Source: Mobula hypostoma
Taxonomy: Eukaryota
Length of the DNA: 64,000 bases
Direction of reading: 5' to 3'
Assembly (NCBI RefSeq): GCF_963921235.1
Contig: NC_086097.1
Location: 104,906,001-104,970,000, forward strand
Numbering within the stretch: the first letter of the stretch is position 1; each line of letters begins with the position of its first letter. The position numbers and the translations under genes were made by a program. The notes below the pieces were generated by a model. That model did no database searches. It worked only from the letters and a program-made list of their open reading frames with translations, and had not been told where the DNA came from. Shown here piece by piece: positions 1 to 10,668 of this stretch.

Positions 1-344
1 ACAAAGTTATTTACTTGTATGATTAGTCCTCAAGTTCAGGCAGCAGAGAGGGAGTTATCCAAGGTAAAAGGAAACAGTAATAAACAAGATTTCAACCTAT
101 ATCATACATTAATGCAGCATGATCCTGCTATCGATAGTACAGAGTTGACACAAGCACTGTACCAGTGTCCATCTGCATATCCCAGCATATCAGCCACAGT
201 GCACCTGTGGAGAAGTCTGTGGTTCATTCTACAACCTTACAGATCTGGGATTGAAGTTATCCTTGGACCTGGGGAACCTGGAAATCCAACATAAAACGAA
301 GTGCTGGGGAAGAGAAATAGTTAATGTTTCAGATTGAAGATCTT

Positions 345-1500
345 TTACCACAACTTTCTCCAAGACTATGCCTCTGAAGTTGATGATCCAGGGCTGTGTT
401 TGCTTTTTACGGCAAAACTTGAAAGGAAAGTGAGGGGGTGAAAAATCTTTTGAAAGTTCAGATACGTTCAAGGTCAGACGTAGTTGGTTTGAACATTTCA
501 GGAAGCATGTACACCTTCATATTATCCTGTAGGAGAAGCAATAGGAGCAAATACCATGATGGTGGAAAAATTTCCAAAGAAGATTAAACAAATCATCGAA
601 GAAGGTGACTTCTGTGATAAATAAGTAGTTAATGTGGATAAGATTAGGTGTTTTGGAAGAAGATGCCATTATATTCTGTTACCAGAAGTTACAAAACATT
701 TGGGAGTATTGGGTGCAGTTCTGTGGTTGTGGTTGCTCTGGAGAGTCTAGGAGGGATTTACCAGGATGTAGCCTGAATTGGAGGACATCAGTTATTGGGA
801 GAGATTGGATCAGCTTGGTTGTTTCTCCATGGAGCTGAAGGATGACCTAATAGAAGTATACATGACTGAAATGTGTAGATCGGGTAGATGAGAATATTTT
901 TTTCTCATGGTAGGGATATCGAAAAAATGAGGGTTTGTTTGTTAGAGAAAGGACTCTTTATAGTCATAGTATAGTCATAGTCATACTTTATTGATCCCAA
1001 GGGGAAATTGGTTTTCGTTACAGTTGCACCATAAATAATTAAGTAGTAATAAAACCATAAATAATTAAATAGCAAATAAATAATAAATTAAATCTTTATG
1101 GGATCTGAGGTGAAAATGTGTTACACAGAATGATTGCTATCTGGAATGTGATGTTGGAATCAGATATGATCATTTTGTTTGAGGCATTTAGACACTTAAA
1201 TAGGCAAGATATACAGTATAAGGATCAGGTTCTAGTGCAGGCAAAAGGAATCATGTAGGTGGGCAAGAGATGAGCATGGACAATGTGAGCCAACTAGCCC
1301 ATTTCTGTATTGTATAATTCTGTCCCCATGAATGAGAAATTCCAGACTTTGAGGTGACCAAAGATTGCCTCTGTAGGCAAATCCAATGTTGACCATAAGC
1401 TTAAAGTCCTACTAATCTACCAGCTGGGAAAACCTAAGGTCTCTAAAAGGGTATTCGGAGGCAGTATTCTGGACATGTGGTGATCTCAAAAAAATCTGGA
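345..1500 (+). mobile_element. Old Tigger/pogo-family transposase remnant, split by a CR1 fragment
   Basis: Hand translation gives FKVRRSWFEHFRKHVHLH...GEAIGAN...FPKKIKQIIEEG (~460-620) and PDFEVTKDCL...HKLKVLLIYQLGKPKVSK (~1340-1450). These resemble Tigger motifs FxASRGWFxRFK/GEAASAD/KIIEEGGY and GFKASKDRL/KLKPLLIYHSENPRALK. Confidence 0.65.
640..1325 (+). mobile_element. Old CR1 LINE 3' fragment containing a short LINE tail at ~961-1090 (-)
   Basis: Degenerate LEYxVQFW / RRFTRM / DLIEV coding remnants. An insert begins with a (TAGTCA)n tail followed by TACTTTATTGATCC, which is a poly(A) signal on the - strand. Confidence 0.6.
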
Positions 1501-1532
1501 AGATGCCACTACCGTTCTTAGGTTTTATTATG

Positions 1533-1653
1533 AACACGAAGGATTCTGCAGATGCTGGAAATCTTGAGTGACATGCAAACATTGCTGGTGGAAGTCGAGC
1601 AACATCTATGGAGGGTAATTTGATGAAGGGGCAGTTTATTTCCCTTTGTAGAT
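1533..1653. mobile_element. Short degenerate Penelope-like terminal-repeat remnant
   Basis: TCTGCAGATGCTGGAAATCTTGAG...CATCTATGGAGGG...TGATGAAGGG...AGATGCTGCCTG. Same family as the copies at 16978, 46301 and 57396. Confidence 0.55.
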
Positions 1654-2471
1654 GCTGCCTGCCATGACTGTAAGATATAGGAGCAGCATTAGGCCATGTG
1701 GCCCATCAAGTCTGCACCGCCATTTCATCATGGCTGATCCAATTTTCTTAGCAGTCCCAATCTCCTGCCTTCTCTCTGTATCCCTTTATGCCCTGGCCAA
1801 TCAAGAATCTATCAACCTCTGTCTTAAACATACATAAGACAGCCTCCACAACTGCCTGTGGCAAATAATTCAACAGATTCACCACCCTCTGGCTAATGAA
1901 ATTCCTCCTCCTCGCTGTTCTAAAAGGATGCCATTCTATTCTGAGGCTGTGTCCTCTGGTCTGAGATTCTCCCACCATAGGAAACATCCTCTCCACATCC
2001 ACTCTATTGAGGCCTTTCACCATTCAATAGGTTTTAATGAGACCACACCTCATTCTTCTGAATTCTAGCAAATTCAGGCCCAGAGCCATCAGATGTTCTT
2101 CATATGACAAGCCATTCAATTCTGGAATCATTTTAGTGAACCTCCTTTGAACCCTCTCCGGTTTCAGCACATCCTTTCTCAGATAAGGGGCCCAAACCTG
2201 CTCACAATACTCCTAGTGAGGCCCCACCAGTGCTTTATAAAGTCTCAGCATTACATCCTTGCTTTTATATTCTTGTCCTCTTGAAGTGAATGTTAACATT
2301 GCATTTGCCTTCCTCAACCTGCAAATTATCCTTCAGTGAATCCTGTACAAAGACTCTCAACTCCCTTTCCACCTCAGTTTTTTTGTACTTTCTCTCCATT
2401 AAGAAAATAGTCAGCTCTTTCATTTCTTCTACCAAAGTGCATGACCATACACTTCCTGACATGGTATTCCA

Positions 2472-3102
2472 TTAGATTAGATTAGATTATGAGGACACGC
2501 AGTCCTCTTTTATTGTCATTTAGTAATGCATGCATTAAGAAATGATACAATATTCCTCCGGTGTGATATCACAAAACACAGGACTGACCAAGACTGAAAA
2601 AACGTAACAAAACCACATAATTATAACATATAGTTACAACAGTGCAACAATATCATAACTTGATGAAGAACAGTCCATGGCACAGTAAAAGAGTTCAAAG
2701 TCTCTCGAATGTCCCACATCTCACGCAGACGGGAAAAAGAAGAAAACTCTCCCTGCCATGCCCGACCACAGTGCGACTCTGAGTCGTCCGAAAACTTCGA
2801 GCCTCCGATCAGCCCTCTGACTCTGAGTACTGAGCACCATCTCTATCCAAACAATTCGACCTCAGTCTTGGTTGCCAGCAGTAGGCAAAGCCGGGGATTT
2901 TGAGGCCTTCCCTCCGGAAGATTCTCGATCGCATAGTAACAACAGCAGCAAACCGGCGTTTCAGAAATTTCTCCAGATGTTCCTCTGTGCTTTCACGTCT
3001 GTCTCCATCAAATCAGAATTGTCCACAGCCCCTATTTAACGGATATGATATCATTTTCACTGGAGAACTGTGCGCGCGCGGCGCGCTACTATCTTCTCCT
3101 CC
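2472..3102 (-). mobile_element. Non-autonomous retroposon with (ATCTA)n tail, copy 1
   Basis: (TAGAT)n array, GAGGAC-acgca-GTCCTC hairpin and TTTATT at the left end. GC-rich right end. Colinear with 45103-45789. No RT ORF. Confidence 0.7.
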
Positions 3103-3313
3103 TGCCTTTTGCCCATTCTCCTAATCTGTTCAAGTCCTTCTGTATGTAGCTTCTCTATTTCCTCAAAACCACCTGCCCCTCCACCTATCTTCATATAGTC
3201 TGCAAATTTTGCAACAAAGCCATCAATTCCATCTTCTAAATCATTGGCATACAACAGAAAAAGAATCGGTCCTGTCACAGGCCCCTGTGGCAAACAAGAG
3301 AGAATTTGCAGAT

Positions 3314-3349
3314 AGTCAATATTTCAGGGAAAGGCCCTTCATTAGGACT
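3314..3349 (-). ncRNA. Degenerate minimal type I hammerhead ribozyme motif within a ~60-bp Penelope-derived insertion (3291-3350)
   Basis: The minus strand reads AGTC-CTAATGA-AGGG-CCTTT-CCCT-GAAA-TATT-GACT: helix I AGTC/GACT, helix II AGGG/CCCT, and a core one substitution away from CUGAUGA. Confidence 0.55.
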
Positions 3350-3536
3350 GCTGCAGAACACCACTAGTTACCAGCAGCCAGTCAGAAAAGGCTCCCTTTA
3401 TTGCCACTCTCGGCGTCCTGCCAATCAACCACTGCTTTATCCATGCTAGAATTTGTCCTGTAATACCATGGGCTTGTAGCTTATTAAGCAGCCTCATGTG
3501 TGGCATCTTGTCAAAGGCCTTCTGAAAATCCAAGTA

Positions 3537-4713
3537 CAGGTGTGTGCCGCTTAATGTCCATTCAGACAACCAGTGGTCCCCACCCACCGGGCTGCGAAGC
3601 ATGCAGGGGTGCAGCACATCTTTAAGAAAAAAGCTGAAATAAACAAACTAATTAATTAGGGGCCGCCTGGCATGTAAATGTCGGCCCAGATCAGAGGCGA
3701 TTGCCGATTTCATCTGCTCTGTGCGATGTTCACTCCTCTTTCCAGGGCGCTGGAGCCTTTAGCTGTTCCATTGGTCAATTTAAATGCCAGCCTAGACAGG
3801 CTGAAAAGACAAGGCTGTCAGGATCGAGGTGACATGTTGAATCTACACAATCTTCTAATAAAGTATAGACGTTGCCGTGCTTTCTTTGTAATGACAGTTA
3901 CATGCTGATCCCAGGACAGATCCTTTGACACTTTTCAGGGGGAGAAACGTCGATCCTTAATGCCGAAGAATTTAAAGTTATTGACCCTCTCCAGCTCAGT
4001 TCCTCTAATGAAGACTGGCTTCTGGGCGACACCTAATTAATTAGCTTGTTTATTTTGACTTTTTTCTTAAAGATGTACTGGGTGCGCTCTGGCTACCAAT
4101 GCACCTCTGCATGCATGTATCGGTCAGCGGCCCGGAGGTTGGGAACCACTAGCATAAACGTCCGTAGTCCCAATCGGAGAACGTGATGTAGCGGACATAA
4201 CCAATCTCATGTATAGCACGTCTCTTGAGTGTAGTAGCGTTATCTCTCTTTAATTTTCTTTTGAAAATATTACCGTAAAGTACATCATGGCTTCCAAGCG
4301 CAGTAAGACCATTCCTAGTGATAGCAGTAGCAAGAGGCAAAGGAAGAGTGTTGAATTGGAAGTGAAACAAAAGGTTATGAAAAATATAAAGGTGGAAAAC
4401 CAGTGAATGCTATCGCTCGGGATTTAGGCACGTTGCACTTGACAATCACGACGATCCTGAAAAACAAAAAAAAAAAATTCTCCAAGCTGTTAAAGGATCA
4501 GCTTCACTGAAAACTACAAGGGTCACGAAAATGCGAGAGAGACCTATATCGGATATGGAGAAATTGCTAATGACATGGATTTAGTCTCTACAGGTATACT
4601 ACAGTACTCCATATAGATTTGCTAAGTATATAATATGGTGTTCGCACAACGTCCAAATCACATAACGTCCGATTTCACAGAACGTATCGTGGGCATTAAG
4701 CGACGCTTATCTG
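3537..4713 (+). mobile_element. Internally deleted Tigger/pogo DNA transposon
   Basis: TIRs CAGGTGTGTGCCGCTTAATGTCCA and TGGGCATTAAGCGACGCTTATCTG, flanked by TA at 3535-36 and 4714-15. Frameshifted transposase N-terminus from the ATG at 4287 (MASKRS...KRQRKSVELEVK...IARDLG...TILKNK...ISDMEKLLMTWI). Confidence 0.85.
3571..4151. mobile_element. hAT-type MITE nested in the Tigger element, with an internal Rex1-like LINE fragment
   Basis: Termini CAGTGGTCCCCACCC and GGTTGGGAACCACTA. Long subterminal inverted repeats (~3615-3670 vs ~4023-4080). The - strand interior translates to ERVNNFKFFGI and ITKKARQRLYFIRRL. Confidence 0.7.
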
Positions 4714-5004
4714 TACACAACATCAACTGCTTCTGCTTTGTCTATCCTGCTTGTTATTTGTTCAAAGAGTTACAACAGATTTGTCAGGCAAAATTTCCAT
4801 TGAGGAAACCATACTGACTATGAACTACTTTACCATGTACCTTCAAGTACCCTGAGACCTCATCCTTAATAATTGACTCCAACATCTTCCTATCCACTAA
4901 GGTCAGACTAACTGGCCTGTCGTTTCCTTTCTTCTGCCTCTATCCCTTTGTGAAGAGTGGGGTGACATTTGCAATTATCCAGTTTTCTGGAAACATTTCA
5001 GAAT

Positions 5005-6445
5005 CTGGAACTACAACGCTGTGGCCATCACAGAGACTTGGATGTCTCAGGGCAAGAATAGCTGCTGTATGTACCAGGCTTTAGTTGTTTCAAAAGGGAC
5101 AGGCAGGGAACCAAAGAAGTGGGGGCGTGGCATTGCTAATCAGGGATAGTATCATGGCTGTAGAAAAGGAGAAAGTCATTGAGGGATTGTCTACTGAGTC
5201 ATTGTGGGTGGAAGTCAGAAACGGGAAGGGGGCAATAACACTACTGGGTGTTTTTTTTTATACCCCCCCCAATAGTAACAGAGACATCGAGGAGCAGATA
5301 GGGAGGCAGATTCTGGAACAGTGCAATAATTAGATTAGATTAGATCAGATTCAACTTTATTGTCATTGTGCTGAGTACAGATACAAAGCCAATGAAGTGC
5401 AGTTAGCATCTAACCAGAAATGCAAAGAATAGTGTTATTTACAAAATAACTGCAAATAAAAAGTAAGTGCTACAGCACAAATATAAAAGTACTGAGAGTA
5501 CAATATGGGTGCAATACTGCTTAGTGCTGTGATGTGAGGTTCAGCAGGGTCACAGCCTCAGGGAAGAAACTTCTTGTGCCTGCTGGTGCGGGAGCGGAGG
5601 CTCCTGTAGCACCTACCAGATGGGAGGAGAGAAGTCCATGGTTAGGGTGAGATGCATCCTTGATAATGCTCTTCGCCCTGCCCAGGCAGAGTTTATGGTA
5701 GATGTTCTCAATGGTGGGCAATTGGGTGCCGATAATCCGCTGGGCAGTTTTCACCACCTGCTGGAGTGCTTTGCGGTCTGATATGGGACAATTGCCATAC
5801 CACACTGAGATGCAGTTGGTGAGTATGCTCTCAATGGTACAGCTGTAAAAGTCCGTCAGTATCCTGGGACAGAGGTGAGCTTTCTTGATGCTCCGTAGGA
5901 AATAAAGGCGCTGTTGCGCCTTTTTGATCAGGATGGAGGAGTTCAGGGACCAGGTGAGATCCTCAGAAATGTGAACACCAAGGAATTTGAAGCTTGATAA
6001 ACACTCCACTACAGCTCCGTTGATGTAGATGGGATTGTGAGTGTGGCTCCTAGGATGCCTGAAGCCCACAATGATCTCCTTGGTCTTCTGGGTGTTAAGG
6101 GCCAAGTTGTTATGGGCACACCACGTGGCCAGGTGCTGGACCTCGTCCCAGTAGGCCGTCTCGTCATCTCCTCTGATCAGGCCAACAACTGTGGTGTCGT
6201 AAGATTGTTGTGATGGGTGAATTAAACTTTCCTAATATTGACTGGCTTCTCCTTAGAGCCAAGGGGTTTAGATGGGGTGGAGTTTGTTAGGTGTGTTCAG
6301 GAAGGTTTCCTGGCGCAATCTGTAGATAAGGCAACTAGAGGAGAGAACTTAATCTGCTATTGGTAAATGAACCTGGTCAGGTGTCAGATCTCTCGGGAGA
6401 GCATTTTGGACGTAGCGATCAGAACTATATCTCCTTTACCATAAC
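5005..6445 (+). mobile_element. CR1 LINE endonuclease-domain fragment split by a Rex1-like insertion
   Basis: ORF 5085-5333 (GGVALLIRD...ESLWVEVRN...PPNS). Resumes after 6200 with VVMG..NFPNIDW. Confidence 0.8.
5331..6200 (-). mobile_element. 5'-truncated Rex1/Babar-type LINE
   Basis: ORF 5521-6105 (LNTQKTKEIIV.FR, FKFLGVHISEDLTW, KKAQQRLYFLR). AATAAA and an (ATCTA)n tail at 5331-5360. Confidence 0.85.
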
Positions 6446-7086
6446 CAAGAACACGAATAGCGTATATTAACCGCCCAATAATACATTCTTAAATTAGGCA
6501 AAGCAAGACCTCCATCCTTTTTTAATTTTTGTAATGACATTTTCCAATTCTTGGTCTTTTATTGTTCCAAACAAAAGATGAAATAATAGAGTCAACCTGA
6601 TTTAAAAACTTCTTAGTTAAAAAATAGGAATATTTTGAAATACATATTAAAATTTTGGTAGATCATCATTTTAACTGCATGAATTTGACCAACTAACGAA
6701 AGTGTGAAGAGGATTCCATCTAGAAAATAATTGCTTCATAAAATCCACTAAAGGAACTAAATTAGCTCTATAAAGGTCTCCATAATTTTTAGTGATGATA
6801 ATACCTAAATATTTAAAAGAATCCATAACTTTAAAAGGAATGTCATCAGATTCTTTAGGATTCGAAATATAAAATCTTTTGAATAATCCCATTTATGGAA
6901 ATTCCTTGAATGTCCTTAGCTTCACGAAGTGCAATAGCCAAAGGTTCCAGCACCAAATTAAATAACAAAGGATTTAACAGACATTCTTGTCTCGTACCCC
7001 GGAAAAGTCGAAAAAAGGGGGATCTACGGTTATTAGTAATTACGGTGGCAATAGGGCTTTTATATATCATTCTAATCCACTTATTA

Positions 7087-10000
7087 TACTTTATACTTCG
7101 TTGTCGCCAAACAATTGATACTAGAACGTACAATCATCACAGCGATATTTGATTCTGCGCTTCCTGCTCCCTGGATTACAAATATTAAATATTAAAAATA
7201 GTAAAATTAGTAAATATTAAACATTTAAATTATAAATCATAAATAGAAAATAGAAAAATGGAAAGTGAGGTAGTGCAAAAAAGGCAAGAGGCAAGTCCAG
7301 ATATTTGGAGGGTGTGGCCCAGATCCGGGTCAGGATCCGTTCAGCAGTCTTATCACAGTTGGAAAGAAGCTGTTCCCAAATCTGGCCGTACGAGTCTTCA
7401 AGCTCCTGAGCCTTCTCCCGGAGGGAAGAGGGATGAAAAGTGTGTTGGCTGGGTGGGTCGTGTCCTTAATTATGCTGATAGTACTGCTCTGACAGCGTGC
7501 GGTGTAGAGCGAGTCCAAGGACGGAAGATTGGTGTGTGTGATGTGCTACGCTGTGTTCACGATCTTCTGCAGCTTCTTTCGGTCTTGGACAGGACAACTT
7601 CCATACCAGGTTGTGGTGCACCCTAGAAGAATGCTTTCTACGGTGCATTTATAAAAATTAGTGAGGGTTTTAGGGGACAGACCAAACTTCTTTGATTTTC
7701 TCAGGAAGTAAAGGCACTGGTGGGCCTTCTTGGCAGTGAACTCTGCTTGGTTGGACCAAGTCAGGTCATTTGTAATATTGACCCCGAGGAACTTAAAGCT
7801 TTTGACCTGTTCCACTTGCAGACCACCGTTGTAAATTGGGTCGTGCAGTCCGCTACTCCTTCTGAAGTCAACAACCAATTCCTTCGTCTTGCTGACGTTG
7901 AGGGATAGGTTATTGTCTTCACACCATGCCACCAGGTTCGTAATTTCCTCTCTGTACTCAAAACTCATCATTACCCGAGATACGGCCTACAATTGTTGTG
8001 TCATCAGCAAACGTATATTGAGTTTGATGGAAACTTGGCTACACAGTCATGGGTGTACAGTGAGTACAGCAGGGGGCTGAGTACACAGCCTTGTGGGGCA
8101 CCGGTGCTCAGAGTGATTGTAGAGGAGAGCTTGTCCCCTATTTCTGTGAGGAAGTTGAAGATCCAGCTGCAGATCTGAGTGCCAAGGCCCAGGTTCTGGA
8201 GCTTAGGAATCAGTTTATTTGGAATGATGGTATTAAAGGCAGAGCTGTAGTCAATGAAAAGGAGCCTTACGTATGCGTCTTTATTCTCCAGGTGTTCTAA
8301 GGAGGAATGTAGGACCAGAGAGATGGCATCTGCCGTTGACCTGTTGCTCCGGTAGGCGAATTGCTAAGCGTGGAGGTTGACCGGTAGGCTGTGGTTGACG
8401 TGTGCCATAACCAATCTCTCAAAGCACTTCATAGCAATTGAAGTCAGAGCCACAGGTCAATAGTCATTCAGGCATGCCACCTTGCTCTTCCTCAGCACTG
8501 GGATTATCGTTGCCTTTTTAAAACACGAAGGGATCTCAGACTGAAGCAAGGAGCAGTTGAAGATGTCAGCAAACGCTCCAGCTAGCTCGCTTGCACAGGC
8601 CCTGAGAACCCATCCTGGGACGCCATCTGAACCTGTTGCCTTCCTTGGATTTATCTTCAGGAAGGCCCTTCTAACGTCCTCCTCGGTGACGATGAATCTC
8701 GATGCCACCAGGTCCGGTTCATCCGGAGGGAGCGGGATGCTCCTCTTCTGTTCGAATCTTGAGTAGAATGCGTTAAGTTCATCAAGAAGAGAAGCGCCAC
8801 AGTTATTGATATTCCCAGCCCTTTCTTTGCACCCAGTGATCTCATTTAGACCCTGCCATAGTCTACTGGCATCCCTCTGGTTAGCCTGGGCTTCCAACTT
8901 GGCTCGATATTGCCTCTTGGCACCCTTACTGGCTTTCTGGAATTCACGCCTGGATTCCGTGTAGCAACTGGTATCCCCGGACCTAAAAGCCGCAGTTCTA
9001 GCCATTAAAAGGGACTTGACCTCATAATTCATCCAAGGTTTCTGGTTAGGGAATACCCGGATCGTCTTGCAAGACACACAGTCCTCCGTGCATTTCCAAA
9101 TAAAGTCCGTGACAGCTGAGGCATACTCATTGAGGTTAGCTGCCGAGTCCTTGAATACTAACTAGTCCACCGATTCAAAGCAGTCACGGAGGACCTCATC
9201 CGTTTCCTCCGTCCAACGTGACACTACTTTTGATGCCTGATGGTCCGATTTTCTGAAGTGAAATCGTGGGATAGAACAGTAGGCACCCTTGACTGCTGTG
9301 TAGCAGTGGTCAAGTATATTCGGGCCTCTAGTGGGGCAGGAGACATGTTGGTATAACTCTGGCAGCGCCTTTCTGAGGTTGGCCTGGTTAAAGTTCCCGG
9401 CTGTAATGAGCAAAGTCTCTGGATACCTGGTCTCAAGTTCACTGATGTTGGCATACAGTATGTTCAAAGCACACTCCATGTCCGCCTGGGGGGGGAATGT
9501 AGACCGCTGTCAGTATGACTGAGGTGAATTCCCGTGGCAGATAGTGGGGACGACACTTCACCGACAGGTGTTCCAGGTCCGGGCTGCAGGAGCTTGTCAG
9601 TGCCACTGTGTCCGAGGACCACGCAGTGTTGATCAGTAGACAGACACCACCTCCCCTCGTCTTGCCCGAAGACGCCGTGCGATCAATCCGATGGATCAAA
9701 AATCCCTCCGGTCAGATGGCACTGTCGGGGGTGGTAGGGGAGAGCCAGGACTCAGTGAAACAGAATACGCAGCAGTTCTGCATATCCCTGCAGTAGGTGA
9801 GTCTCCCTTTAAGATCATCCACCTTGTTGTCTATGGCTTGCACATTAGCTAGTAGGATGGTGGGCATAGGGACCCTGAAGCCCCTCAGCTTCAATCTGAC
9901 CAGCAGCCCAGCTCTTTTCCCACACTTCTTTGGTAAAGAGTGTATCTTTCCAGGTTTCCATCGATGCAGTGTGTTGTTGTCAGCTCCTTGAGGTTGGTGG

Positions 10001-10668
10001 ACGCGTCCCACAGGGATCGATCAGCGGGTCGCATCGTCGGATGCTCTGGGTCAGGCCGAGTAACGGGGGGGCGGGGGGCTCCACTGCCACTTCCAGCTGC
10101 CGGGGGCCTGGGCTGTCGATTGGGTCGGGCCCCAAAGCCGACACTTAATCCCGGATGGCCAGCCTCCTGGCTGAAACACTTCCTTAAGCTGAGTCACGGT
10201 TGCGGAGACCTCTGCTTCAGCCGAGCCTCGGGCTCGATTTCCAAGGTCGGCAGTGGAGGCCTCACTTCCGGCAGCTGTGGATGGCCACCAACGGGGCATT
10301 ATGGTGGTCGCTCCGGGGAAGCGTCTGGGGCGCCTTGAAGTCTCCACCGTCACTTCTGTGTGGTCATCTGCTCTGGAGAGGTGCTGGTCGGAATGGGCTG
10401 TGTCTCCAAACGCTCCGGCACAGTAGCAGACCACGGGTCTCTGGGAACGTGGTGGGCCTCGCTGGTTGGGTCCAGGTGCGGTCTGGAGTTTAAGAAGCAA
10501 TTCTGGCGTGGTGGTCTCCATCTGGGTCAGTAGCTTCGCCAGGGTGTTGTTGATCTTGATCTTGCTAGATTGGAGGTTTAGAAGGGTTTCTCGGGTATGG
10601 GATAGTAGAGAGGGCAGTTCGTTCGGGAGAGCACGTGCAAAGTCGCCAGTTACCAGCGCCATCTTTCT
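7087..10668 (-). mobile_element. Full-length (~3.6 kb) Rex1/Babar-type LINE, frameshifted
   Basis: Successive - strand ORFs give [79 protein letters not shown] and KKAHQCLYFLR. TTATTA is duplicated at 7081-7086 and 10669-10674. The 5' end begins AAGATGGCG. Confidence 0.9.

Larger units (their letters stand above)
1668..4990 (-). mobile_element. CR1 LINE ORF2 (RT) fragment carrying several nested insertions
   Basis: ORFs 1748-2023, 2265-2462, 3057-3293 and 3342-3617 show YLDFQKAFDK, VPQG and KFAD motifs. Interrupted at 2472-3102, 3291-3350 and 3537-4713. Confidence 0.85.
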
